From the NCBI GenBank assembly GCA_950097015.1, contig CATNEN010000038.1:17422001-17486000 (forward strand): a stretch of 64,000 nucleotides of DNA, read 5' to 3'. Position 1 is the first letter of the stretch. Every line of letters starts with the position of its first letter. Position numbers and translations under genes: made by a program. Below are positions 23,401 to 35,599 of this stretch, in pieces. The notes under the pieces are model-generated. The model saw only the letters and a program-made list of their open reading frames with translations, was not told where the DNA came from and did no database searches. Origin of the DNA: Macrostomum hystrix (lineage: Eukaryota > Animalia > Platyhelminthes).

Positions 23401-26333
23401 TCACCTGTTAGACATGAGTGTCACCTGTTAGACAGGTGTCACCTGTTAGACAGGAGTGTCTATTGTTAAGCAAGAGAGCTTCATTTTTGACAGGATCACG
23501 AAAATTATCGATTAAATATCCGTTTATACAACGATAAAAAGACAAAATATTCAACTAAGAGCTGCAAGGATTTATAGTTAGAATATATAGCAATAATAGT
23601 AAATAAATATTTAATAACACCTGCCTGAATTAGGCCAGTTGTGCTACCGAAATCACAGACGCAGCTAGAGTGCGGCGCATCTGAAGGCTGCAGGTCCATA
23701 GACTGGGGGAGACGTAGGCCCAACCCTTAATTACCCCAGCAACTAATACTTATTTAACAGCTGGGTGAAATGAAGCAATGTAGAAATAATTGTCTAGCTA
23801 AAGAACAAAAATGGTTCCAGTGGCGCTGAGAATCGAACCCCCGACCTTCAAGTTGTAAGTCGGACGCTCTAACCACTAGGATACAACCCCGAGCAGTGAA
23901 TATATGCTACTCGTACTGCTTCCATTAGTAGCTTAAACGCGCGTGCGCTCAAGTTTTTTAGTAGCTACCGAAACAAACTTTTAAAACTAACCTCTTCTAG
24001 TTCAGCGGCTGATGGACGACGTAGAAGGGCCACTCCGACGGCCTGCAGAAGGGCGTAGATGAATCCCAAAAATAGGAAGCAGCTGGGCACGCGGTCGATG
24101 ATGTCTGGCTGGTCGAAGTAGCTATACGTCGGGGAGTGGATTAAATGGGTTAATGTAAAGCGAGTTATAATTGCCCTTCTTTAACCAGTCTTTCTAGATT
24201 TTCTATGCATTTTTAAACTTGGAAAAAAGCGTGGAAATCTGAGGATCTGGATACTTGACTGCTCAACCTGAGGATCTGGATACTTGACTGCTCAACCTGA
24301 GGATCTGGATACTTGACTGCTCAACCTGAGGATCTGGATACTTGACTGCTCAACCTGAGGATCTGGATACTTGACTGCTCAACCTGAGGATCTGGATACT
24401 TGACTGCTCAACCTGAGGATCTGGATACTTGACTGCTCAACCTGAGGATCTGGATACTTGACTGCTCAACCTGAGGATCTGATAGCTTGACTGCTCAACC
24501 TGAGGATCTGATAGCTTGACTGCTCAACCTGAGGATCTGATAGCTTGACTGCTCAACCTGAGGATCTGATAGCTTGACTGCTCAACCTGAGGATCTGATA
24601 GCTTGACTGCTCAACCTGAGGATCTGATAGCTTGACTGCTCAACCTGAGGATCTAGTAGCTTAGCTAAGCAAGCAGATCTGAATTGCAGAAAAGCGATAC
24701 AAAACAAAATATCTTACTGTTCATTGCCCTGAACAGTAACGTTGGCGCGCACATTATTGGGATTGATGTAGAGAGTCTGAAACTGATTAAAGATCAGGCT
24801 ACCGCCGCCGAAGCCAGCAACAACGATGCCGCCGACTAGGCCCCTTCGGCTTGGAAACCACTGGCAGATGATGGTTGGGAAATGCGAAAATTTAGATCAG
24901 TCTTAAAACTTTTTAAGTTTAAAACTTTTCATCCGCATTAACATCGCTTTATCTTCATAACAATTGATTATAATTGCCTCCCATTTGATAATATGTACAG
25001 CCGACAGCAAAGCTGCAGCTATATGTACAGCCGACAGCAAAGCTGCAGCTATATGTACAGCTGACAGCAAAGCTGCAGCTATATGTACAGCCGACAGCAA
25101 AGCTGCAGCTATATGTACAGCTGACAGCAAAGCTGCAGCTATATGTACAGCCGACAGCAAAGCTGCAGCTATATGTACAGCTGACAGCAAAGCTGCAGCT
25201 ATATGTACAGCTGACAGCAAAGCTGCAGCTATATGTACAGCCGACAGCAAAGCTGCAGCTATATGTACAGCTGACAGCAAAGCTGCAGCTATATGTACAG
25301 CCGACAGCAAAGCTGCAGCTATATGTACAGCTGACAGCAAAGCTGCAGCTATATGTACAGCCCACAGCAAAGCCGCCGCTAATGCTATCATCTGAACTCT
25401 GTGTATGGCTGTTCAGTCCATGGACTGGTGGACGCAACACCCACCCTCAATATCGCCAGCTAATTCTGTTACGAATGTAACAGCTGCGTGAACAAAGCAA
25501 TGTAGAGTCTAGTGCAGTCGGGAATCGAACCCACGACCTTTAACTCGTGAGTCCGATGCCCTAAACTTTAGGCTACAACCCACATTCACTAACCGACATA
25601 GACGCGGCGATAGCTACAGCGTAACAAATTCCGGTGCCAACGCCAAACATCAGGCCGTAGGTCACTACTAATAGGCCGAGATGCGACTTTACCGCGAAGT
25701 AAGACAATAGGACGCCAAGGCTGAAATTGAGACGGAAGATTCAAAGAAATATTCCACATATTTTGTAACAACTTTTACTAAATGTTAATAAAAATTATAC
25801 TAGAGCTACACATTTTCAGACTTTTTAGTGAGCCAAGAACCACGTGATTTAGATACGATCTCACATGTGTCACTGTCTCACAAGATTCACACCTTCGTCA
25901 TTCACTGCGCCACTATCGCTATGATCACATATTTATGACTTTTCGTTCCACTATTATCTCACCTTTGTAATTAAGCCAGTCTCTATGATCTCACATTTGT
26001 AGTTACGCCTGTCACTTTAATGTCATTTTAATAATAGAGTTTAGTCGCAGACCCAGCTCACCTCATAATCCATGAGCCAATCAGAGCAGTTGGCCTGGTT
26101 CCGATGCGTTTTTCAATGAGGCCACCGAATGCCATCGAAGCACCTTGGCCAAAGATTGATAGACCAAAAATCCAGGTAGCATCCGGATAACTGATCCAGG
26201 GACTATGCGAGTGCAGTCGCATGTAGGACACAACATAGGGACTCATGTTGCCAAATGTGTACACTGTACCCAGAGTGAAGTGAATTAGAAAGCCGCCAAT
26301 GACAGCCCCAATTCCTTTCCAAGGCAATGGCAT
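20456..26333 (-). CDS. MFS transporter, oxalate:formate antiporter (OFA)-like, 7 coding exons, about 454 aa
   Basis: Exons 26333-26062, 25720-25594, 24860-24718, 24121-23992, 21612-21064, 20974-20875 and 20499-20456 give 1365 nt in frame. Motifs: GGFLIHFTLGTVYTFGN, YGLMFGVGTGICY, WFPSRRGLVGGIVVAGFGGGSLIF, FNAAARILWGYLHD, GNFALFPA..YG...NYG. Confidence 0.9.
21880..22490. repeat. Degenerate 21-bp repeat (GATAAGATGGTCGATAACGAT) in an MFS intron
   Basis: About 28 diverged units with a recurrent ggtcgataa core. Confidence 0.85.
23105..23460. repeat. 20-bp minisatellite GTCACCTGTTAGACAGGA(T/G)T
   Basis: About 17 copies; the unit is self-complementary (CCTGT-TAG-ACAGG). Confidence 0.93.
23600..23890 (-). 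mobile_element. tRNA-derived SINE, copy 2
   Basis: Minus strand reads GGGGTTGTATCCTAGTGGTTAGAGCGTCCGACTTACAACTTGAAGGTCGGGGGTTCGATTCTC (A and B boxes), then CTACATTGCTTCATTTCACCCAGCTGTTAA, a body shared with the other copies. Confidence 0.82.
24239..24655. repeat. 29-bp minisatellite CTGAGGATCT(GGATA/GATAG)CTTGACTGCTCAAC
   Basis: About 14 copies in two homogeneous variant blocks, within an MFS intron. Confidence 0.95.
24960..25581 (-). mobile_element. tRNA-derived SINE, copy 3, carrying an internal 30-bp tandem expansion
   Basis: Head GGGTTGTAGCCTAAAGTTTAGGGCATCGGACTCACGAGTTAAAGGTCGTGGGTTCGATTCCC, then body CTACATTGCTTTGTTCACGCAGCTGTTAC...CAGTCCATGGAC. Confidence 0.78.
24990..25380. repeat. 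30-bp minisatellite ATATGTACAGC(C/T)GACAGCAAAGCTGCAGCT
   Basis: 13 copies, phase-locked at a 30-bp period. Confidence 0.97.
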
Positions 26334-28310
26334 GATGTCCAATTTTGCACTGAAGTATATGAATTTATTTTAATTTTGTCAATCTTCTTAAATCTAGTAG
26401 AAGTAAACAATGGACTATGGTCTAAGAATTTTATATTCAATAGTAGCTTGAGTAATAAAGAGTTTCATTAATGTGATGAGAAGAGACTCCACATATAGCT
26501 AGCTACTCATTGTTAAAGAAGATATACAACTCAGGCTTAAAAAAAACAAAATTAAACAGTCATGCCATGATAGCTAATTAAAATTATTATGAAATAAATA
26601 AACAAATAAATAAATAAGCTTGTTTATAATTATAAATAATAGGGTTTTAAACTAACTTTACCAGATTATAATAATGCATTATAAATAAATAAATAAATAT
26701 AATAAGAATGTCCTAAATCCTGAATTAAGCAAAAAATCTATACCAAATTTATTTAAAAAGCAAATTGCAAACAGACTACCTTTAGGAATATAAAGCAATA
26801 TAAGAATATAAGAATATAAAAACGATAAAAAGAGAAATATATATTTTCTATTATATATTATATATTCAGGAAAAGAAAATTTAATTCTCAGGATCACAAA
26901 AATAAAGCTCATATTAATTTATTAATTTCAGGCGGCGAGTTACAAGTGTAGATATCGTAACCTGTCTTTCAAGAGTGGAATCTCTTAACAACAATCTATT
27001 TTTTGAATGTTAAAAAGTAAGGAAAGTTTTTTACTGTTAGTCATTATTAACGTTAGTGACAAACACAGTAGTCTGGCGACATATTATGCAAAGTGCTGAT
27101 TAGAAGTAAGACGTAAAAATGCCTGATTGGTAAAAGCGATAATTAAAATGGAAAAGATGACAGTAATTGTGTTCGCGCTCTTTTTAAAAGCACTCGTTGG
27201 CTTAACAAAACGAGATAGTAAAATAATAAAATAATGAAATAAGTTTAAACATAATAGACAGGAAGGGAAGAAAATTTTCAACGTTATAAACTTGAACAAA
27301 TAGTTTTTAGTAAATGCACAGCATTTTTTAATTACCGATTTTCTTCAAAAAACGAAATATTTTTTGCTGGCATGTATGTAGTAGGCCTAGCTCTACTAGC
27401 TTGTACTCTCGCACTTAGTTAGTATTTGTGAATATAAATCTGGACGGTTCTTTAGTACTTTATAATCTCCTTATGTCGATTTGTTCCTAATCTGTATTCT
27501 TAAGATGCAAACTAGTAGCAGTCATAACGCGCAATTCATTTGGGTCTATTGAATTATTGTCGATTGTTGTCAGGTTTTTTATGAAAATAGGGTAATTTAT
27601 ACCCTGAAATTTGGATTTGCACCCACTTTTTTGGCACTGGATGCAACTCATGAATCTGCATTTTTTGAGATCAAGATGCATGCAAGTCATTTTTTAGCAA
27701 AAGTTAGGCCCCCTACAAACAGCATAATGTATAAATATAGGCCCCCTATTGTTTTTTAAAATACTTTTTTTTGGTTTTAGAAAAAATTTGAATTCCAAAT
27801 AGTTTAATGAAGGGAACCATACTTATGCGTTATGCCACTTACTTTAGTTATATAAATAATGAAACAAATAGAAAATTAATTATTCATCCCAACAAAATTT
27901 GCAAATTGTGACCTAGATGCAAGTTGTATCCTGGTTTTCATATTTGCATCCATTTTTTAAGCTTGAGATGCAAGCTTGCATGATGCATGCACATTTTTTG
28001 GTAGAAAAAACCCTCATTTTTGTACCAATTTATCATAAGCTAACACAGTATATATCATTATTAATGCAATTCATGAATTGAATTTATAAATTATTGAATT
28101 AGGGCAATATTTAAAGCCTCTGACTACTGACTACAATTGTATCATCGTTTGACAAAATGACTTCTTAAAACTTGTTCTCCATTTAAGATTTAATCATTCT
28201 CCCCCTCTTTCACACATGCTCGCTCTTGGTGTCTTGGTTGCTTACCCAGACCAAGCTGTCTGCTTCTCTTCTGTCACATCAAGTTTCAAGTTTAACTAGG
28301 CCTAGTAAAC

Positions 28311-30840
28311 GGTACCTGGACACTTCATCATCTTACAACTTCGTCATCCAGATGATGATCTGTCCAATATCTTAGAGGGTGGATGACGAAGAGACTTAGA
28401 CTTGTGGACACTTCGTCATCTATAAAACAAAAGTTTTCAAAGTTAGAACAGAACCACCCCTCCCCACCTCCTCACATCGTGTTGGCACCTTTCTTTTAAC
28501 TCTTATAATGAAATCAGTTTTGACACCTCTTTTTGGCAATTTAAGATGTGAAGTGTGTTCATACCTCTGCCCCACCACCCTACCCTCACTTTATTGATGA
28601 CAAACTTAATTGCTTATTTGTTATTAGTATTATTATTATTATTATTAAGACGCTGAAGAGTCAGAGACCCTTAGCGCTCACACGCTCGCGAAAAAGCTCA
28701 GAGGGGCAGGAAGTAGCCTCAAGCAGAGTGAGGTTGATGGCCTGTAGGTCATTAGTGAAGGTCTTTAAGAGAGTTTCAGTGCGCGCATGTCCGTGTCGAA
28801 AAGGATCGCTTGGCGGATTTAGCACAACAATCGCAAGGGGGTTGGTTTCTCCGCGTCCGTAGTTGCGTAACACGTGGCCGAGAAGCCGCTGTCTCCGCGC
28901 CCTGAGTATGGAGCTCACCGGCGGGACGCAGGAGCGAGCAGCGAGCGCACGGTTTGACAGCCTTTCGGGGTAGCGTACGTCCAGAGCGAAACGCAGGAAG
29001 GCTCTGAAAGTGGCGTCGAGAGCCCGCTTGCAAGATTTCGTGATTGGGAGAGCCTCCAAGCCATAAAGGAATATCGGCTCTACGGCAGCACGAAAAATCC
29101 GGATTTTGAGTTGGTCAGGCACGGGTGAGCAGAAGATGGGGCTCAGCTGTCGAGCAGCTCTCCAGGCTTGCGCACGACGATCGGCGACGATGTCCTCCGG
29201 AGAGACCACCAGCGAGCCGAGGTACCGAAAATCCGAGCAGACAGAGATTTCGTCACCGTTTGCAAGGGTAAGAGGAGCCGGGTCGCTGATGCCGACGTGG
29301 AGCACCTCGGTCTTGCGAGCGTTCACTTCGAGGCCGACTCTGGCACCTTCCTCGCAGATTCTGTTGAGCGCTGACTGAGCGGCCGAAGGGTCTCTGCACA
29401 CCAGGGCGATGTCGTCGGCAAAAGAGAGGGCAGCCAGCGTGGTCTCAGGGTGACGCGAGCTGCGGCGGTGGACAACAACATAGGCTTCGTCTTCAGAGAG
29501 GGAACGGCGAAGGACATAATCAATGATAATGATGAATATGAAAGGGGCTAGGGTATCTCCTTGGAGAACGCCGGAGCTGGTAGTGAAGGTCTCGGTGACA
29601 TCCTTTCTCATCTCGACAAAAGCGCGGGTGTCGGAGTAGAGGTCCATGATTGCCGTCACTAGAGTTGGTGGAACACCATAATAAGAGAGGAGCCACTCAA
29701 TGGCAGCTCGACTGACCGAGTCAAAGGCTTTGCGAAAGTCGACGAACACTATGGTCACCGACTTTTGCCGCGTTATGCAGGACTCGATGATGCAGCGGAC
29801 AGTGGCTATTTGCTCAACAGTAGATCTGCCAGGGCGGAATCCACTCTGAGCGCCCAGCAGAAGCAGGTTGATGATCGGCAGCAGTCTGTTCCTCAGGATC
29901 GAATTGAGGAGTTTTGTCCTGGGTACACTCCAGGACAAATTTCATTCAAAGCTTTATGAACTCCGACCCACGCCCTGATGAATCCGCTGACGCCTTTGCC
30001 ACCGCCGTCGCTTCTGCCGCCGCGACGCTGCCGAAGCGCTCCCCTCATCGGCCAAAGGCGCTTTGGGACTCCGATCCTCACGTGGAGCTGGCGAGGAGGA
30101 GGCTGCAAAAGGACGTCGCCCGTTTCGGACAGGACAGCCCTGCTGCCGACAACGCGCGTGACAATCTCACCCGCACCTACTCGGATTGCACGAGACTTTT
30201 CGTTGAGGAGGCTGTCTCGGAAATCAGGGATGCAGTTGACAACTGCAGACACAGAGCTGCTTGGAGAGCCATAAACAATCTGACCTGCCGGAAACCAAGG
30301 CAGTGCACTGTTGTTGCACAAAGTGCGCCGACTCGGTCAAGGACAGAAAGGCTAAGCTTGTAGAGCACTATCGGCGTGTTCTCAACCCACCTGTCCCAAC
30401 TGCGGTGCTTCTCCCTGTCCCTGGCTTCACCCTTGCTCGCAGCGAGGATTTCAATATCGGTCCTATCACGCCCTCCGAGGTTCGCAACACGCTTAAAAGC
30501 ATGAAGCCTGATGCTGCGCCTGGTGTCGATGGGGTGCCTCCCAGGGTCCTCAGACTTCCAGAGCTTACTTCGGTAATCACCACGCTCCTCAACAAATATT
30601 CCGTTCTTGGAGGCGACGCCGGCGCCGAGGCTCCCTGCATCTGGCGCACCTCTAAGATTGTCTCAATTCCAAAGAAGGGCCTGTCCACCTGCCTGGACAA
30701 CCAGAGGGGCATCGCTCTGGAGTGTTATTAGTAGATGACAAACTGACCAAACTTTAAAGCATGCCAATTGGCTGGATGACAAAGTGTCCTACCTTCCAAG
30801 TGGATGACGAAGTTGTAAGATGAAAAAGTGTCTAGGATCC
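28311..30840. mobile_element. Merlin/Mutator-like MITE (about 426 bp excluding the inserted LINE)
   Basis: 40-bp TIRs with 35/40 identity (28311-28350; 30801-30840), beginning GG and ending CC. Exact 9-bp TSD CTAGTAAAC (28302-28310, 30841-30849). Confidence 0.85.
28630..30722 (-). mobile_element. RTE-like non-LTR retrotransposon, 5'-truncated and 5'-inverted
   Basis: Minus segment 28630-29933 carries RT motifs GFRPGRSTVEQI, FVDFRKAFDSV, GVLQGDTLAP, FADD and FRYLGS, a stop at 28661 and a (TAA)n tail. Plus segment 29934-30724 encodes the upstream linker and RT start (APGVDGVP, WRTSKIVSIPKKG, NQRGIALEC) with a frameshift near 30330. 11-bp TSD TGTTATTAGTA (28619-28629, 30723-30733). Confidence 0.92.
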
Positions 30841-31478
30841 CTAGTAAACTAGGGCTAGGCCCTAGTCAGCATCAAGAGATAGGTTTTCCATCAAAATTTC
30901 AAGACATTGTCATATGTTTTATAAGTTGTAGGCCCTAGTAAATACTAGGCCTATAGTATAGCATAATTCACAAATCCCTAGGGGCCTATTGGAATATCTA
31001 CAAAATCTTGTTGAGGCATGACAGGAGTGCTCTCAAATGTGTAACAAGCCCATCTAGTTTTACTAAGATGAGTGACAATTATTAACTAAGAATTGCACAT
31101 AGCAAAAAAAGTAAAAAATTATGAAAACATGTAGATGTGATCATCAAAGCAGGATAGGCTTATTGAAAATATATTACAGACAATTGTCCTAAAAAAATTA
31201 AACTTATTCCAATAGGAACACATTTAGATTTTTAGTTACCTTTTCAACCTAGGCTAGGCTTTTTGAATAATTTGATGAATGGACAGTATTTCAAATGACC
31301 AACAATCAATCACTAGGCCATGCTAGTTCCTTTTTACTTATAGTATACAGTTTGGACTTCTTTTTTAACAAAAGGACTATGTTTGTTCTTACTCTAAATT
31401 GTTCTAATGTATTTTAAGATATACCTTGTTACTAATTAATGGGACCACACCTAATATCCTGGATGTTCCACCAAAAAT

Positions 31479-31720
31479 CATACATGTGCAACCTCCCAAA
31501 TCTTAGCCGGCCGTGCGACTTAGTTTTTGCTCTATTTACAACTTAGTTTGCTCTCATTTGCTCTATTTTTCTCTCCCCCTTTTCCTCTTCTTCACGCCTT
31601 CCTTTTTTGTTCCTTGGCCCCCCCTTAGATTTTTTTGCGCTTGGTTGATTGGTTTTTGCAACTTACCTTGCTTGGCCCTCATTTCACCCAGCCGGTTCGG
31701 CCGGGTATTGCGCATGAATG
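31479..31720. mobile_element. hAT-like MITE, second copy (opposite orientation to 1957-2237)
   Basis: CATACATGTGCAAC...ATTGCGCATGAATG termini; the body is the reverse complement of 1957-2237 with a deletion. No TSD recognisable. Confidence 0.85.
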
Positions 31721-34700
31721 TATTTGTATGTGGGCTGTCTGCGTGTCCAAATTTTCTACCATGTATGGAACCAATGACAACCTATTTGAGATATAGGCCT
31801 ACTTCTAAGAAATCATATAATACTAAATCTTCCATAAGCATCTATTTGGCAACATCCTGTTGGCCTTTTAATATTGGATTGTACATTTTTATCCTGTGAC
31901 TCTTATTTGACTTCATTGGCCATGACTTGACTTGTTCCAATAACTGTAGACTAAAAAAATCTATAAATGTATTCAAATAATTTTAAACAGGAAACTATGC
32001 CCTATGTTTGATTAGCATAAATAAGTTTTTAGTGATAATTTGGTGTGCCTAGTTGCCCATAGATTAGGCATAGTTTGTATTCTCAGGATTCAAATTCCAG
32101 GACAATTACAGATTTAGTAGGTTGAACATTTTGTTTTTTAACCCTCTCATCAAATTTTAAGTTATTAGAAATTAACACTCATTAGAAAATGACTAATATA
32201 ACTACTAAAATTTTGATTTTGTCATTAAAGTATTGTTGTTGACAAATATTTTTGTTTGCATGATATCTAATGATGATAACTAATGATTTCACAACCCACA
32301 TGGCATAGCATTAATGACTTGTTAAGTCACATCCTATGAGTCCAAAACACTAATCAATTTTGTTGAATACCAAATGTAGCACTTATAGGCTATGTAAAAA
32401 TCTAGTATTTTAGTAACTTTGGCTTTATAATTAAGTAGTTTGATAAGCATAATAAAGTACTCGTAAGCTTTAGCTAGCTAATTGAAATATTGTTTAGGGC
32501 CAACTTTTTTACATAAATTATAGTTGGCCTAACTATAGTCTTGACCTAGCATAGTTGGTATACATTATGGCATTAAATTTCACAGTTGTTTAGTACTTGT
32601 ATAGAAAATAAGCTATGATATAGAATATCATTAGCAGCTCAATATTAAAAATGTAGTACTCGTGTATCCCTTAAAAGGCAAATTAATTAGTAAATGGGTC
32701 TTATTAAGCAAAACTAGCAGTTGTATATTTGATATTTTAATATAATGTAAATGTTATGTTCATTATTATGTTTATGTTATTGTTGTATATAATGACCTTT
32801 GTAATATCATTTTATAATATTCAGGATGGCTGCAGGCAATTGCACATCATTTGGTGAGGCTAGACCTGCAGCCAGCAAGGAGTCAATTCTGCCCATTTCA
32901 CTGACTCCTGAGCACACTATACACACACATACTGTATGCAGGGACACACACAAGCCTGTACACCTGCCTGATTTTCTCATGTCAGACAGTGTACACTTCA
33001 CTGTGCCTTGGAGATTGGCCCCCATGGCATAAATTGCACAACAAGCCCCCTTTGCCTTGTTTCTGCGCCTGCGCCCTACTTTGTAGTGTGGTCTCGCTAC
33101 AGAATTGAGCTCCTCAAGGCCACATTAGGAAGCTTGGTGCAAGAGGCAGATTTGTTTAGCGCCCTGCGACTCCCTATGATTCATTATGATTCAGCATTAA
33201 AATGGATATCTTAAACATAATCAACAGGCAGACTTTGTAACTTTGTAGAGTGAGTCTTGAAATTTTGCCCAGCTTCACTGTAGAAAAGAATTTTTGTTAT
33301 TTAAGTATGACACTTAATTTCCCCTTGTTTCAATCATTAGATGGCATAAAAATCTAGATAGGTTGTTGGTAGCTCTATTGATGGAGTAGGTGTACACAGC
33401 CATTTGATGTATCACAATTTTGATAGGCGTAAATTGCACGACTAGCCCCAAGCCTTCTCTCCAAGACTGCGACCCAAATGAATGTGGCCTCGCCACGGAA
33501 TCGAGCTTAGGGACCTTGGTGCGAGAGGCAAACGCGTTAACTGCTCTGCCACTCTCCTCCTGTGGTATGGGAATTACAATTAGTCTATTAAGGGTTTCCC
33601 ACTTGTCTAAAAAATTGCTGAAATAGTCACATTGTTGCAAGCACTAGGCTGTACATCTGCTTACTGTACCTTGGTGTTGTTTTTTTAGTGTGAGGTGCAC
33701 GCGACCTGGTGAAACAAGATTCGCGCAGCATGAAAATGGGTCCCATGATACTAGATTTCAACTTCGGACCGATGTTTCTACTAGTGTTGTAGAAACGGTG
33801 GGTCTAGCCCATTGAATTTTAGATCACAGTGATCTAGCTCTGAGAGGTCTGAATTTCGATCTTAGCCCAAGCGGAACAGTACCCCAGATCTTGTTAGAGT
33901 ATAAATTCAGGTGGGTTCGAATATATATATCCTTGTCTTTTAGTTGTTCATAGTCATGTTTTGAAGTAAAAAATAAAGACACTTAACTAACATATGCAGT
34001 TAGTTGGCTAAATCAGTTTTTTGTTATTTCGCGAATCTGGCTTTTGTGTCACGCGATCTTCTAATATTGCGTTGGAACACTAGCCCGCTTTTTTAAGAAA
34101 GTCTGTCTTTAAAACGTAAGACCTTCGTGACGGTAATAATTTTCTTTAGCCTTCTTCTGGTAGGAAAGCTAGACTCAAGATCATAATAGACCGGAGAACA
34201 ATAATGAAGATTAATATCCTTTAAATTGTCGGTCTGGTACTAACATTCTGGTACTATAAATTATAGCTAGTTATTACTATTATCTATCTATATGTAACAG
34301 TCAGTCTGTTTTTTAGCCCCTGGGGATATCCATGGCACACTGAATAGATTTAGCTTGGGGTTTGGCGGACTGTTTAGGAGATATTTGGTAACCAGGACTT
34401 AGGGAAGCAAAGTAATAGACTCGGTCATTATGTATACATGTGTGTCAAAATCTTTCTCAATTTCTGCGCGAATCCTGAAATGCTGGAATCTGTATTTTGG
34501 TGCATAGTTTAACTTATCTCGCGCACCCGGATATAGATCCTCTAAGTAGTAATAATAAATCTATAATCTGCGGCAATAATATTATATCGAAAATAAATTA
34601 TTAGAATTCTCACTGGGCCGCACCCAAGTCCAGTTGCATTCCATTTTTTTCTATATTTCTCTCCCATGTATATATCTGACACACGCGCGCATTAATGCCC

Positions 34701-35599
34701 AAGCTAAGCTTTGCAAAGGATGATAGAAAGATAGAATGAGCGGCAATACTAAACAGAGTGGAAGTTAGAGGAGAAACTAGGGACTAGGCTGAAAAGGGCT
34801 AAAGGGAACTGGTGTATGGGTTGGAGTAAAAGCACAAGTCCCTTTCTATTTCTCCTCTCTCTCTCGCTCACTCTCTCTCTCTCATACTGTGCGCGCGTGT
34901 GTAATTTGATGGACTTGCCCTGATAACGGCATAAGGGTTGACGCTGCAAAGGATAGACGAGGAAGGAAATCGAGAGAGCGAGAGTTGAAGAGAGAGAGGC
35001 ATACAAGGAAAGGAAACGCATAGCTGGTATAGATGGGATCCTATGCGAATTGGGCGAGGGTTTGTCGATTGGGGGACATTGTGGAGTGTCGCCCTTTTCT
35101 CGCAATGCTATCTCGGAATACCCCGAACCCAGCCATTCAGGCCTTAGACGCATGCCTACGGCCAGCTCTCCCATAGAAGCGAGCCGAGTTTTTTATCTCT
35201 CTTTTTGTGGGTCAGAAAATGCTCTCCTACTATATTAACCAATCGGCGCCCGGCAACAAAAAATTGTCTCCTCCGCTTTTTCGCTGTCATAATCCTTGCT
35301 TCTTTGCAAAGTTTCGTCTCTCCTACACAGTTAGACAGTGTAGAACTATAGACTATAGAATTGTATTTGATTGCTTTGCAGATCGTCGCTCCGCTCCGCT
35401 TCACCTAGTGTCAATGCGTAGCTATGCGCGGCTCGGCAAACTTGCAGCCGTAAGCTACAAAGCGAAATCGAATTAAGAAGTTTTGATAGAAAAGTTTTCA
35501 TAGAATTCGTCAACAGTCTTCTACGGAAATCAACAAGAACGAGCTAAAAGAATCAGGCCAGACAGACATTGCCAGAAATCAGCACAGCATTATCTCCCC

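Noticed and set aside
23815-23890. Possible tRNA gene (also 25510-25581)
   Set aside because: No properly paired acceptor stem, and the sequence continues into a shared SINE body, so these are SINE heads.
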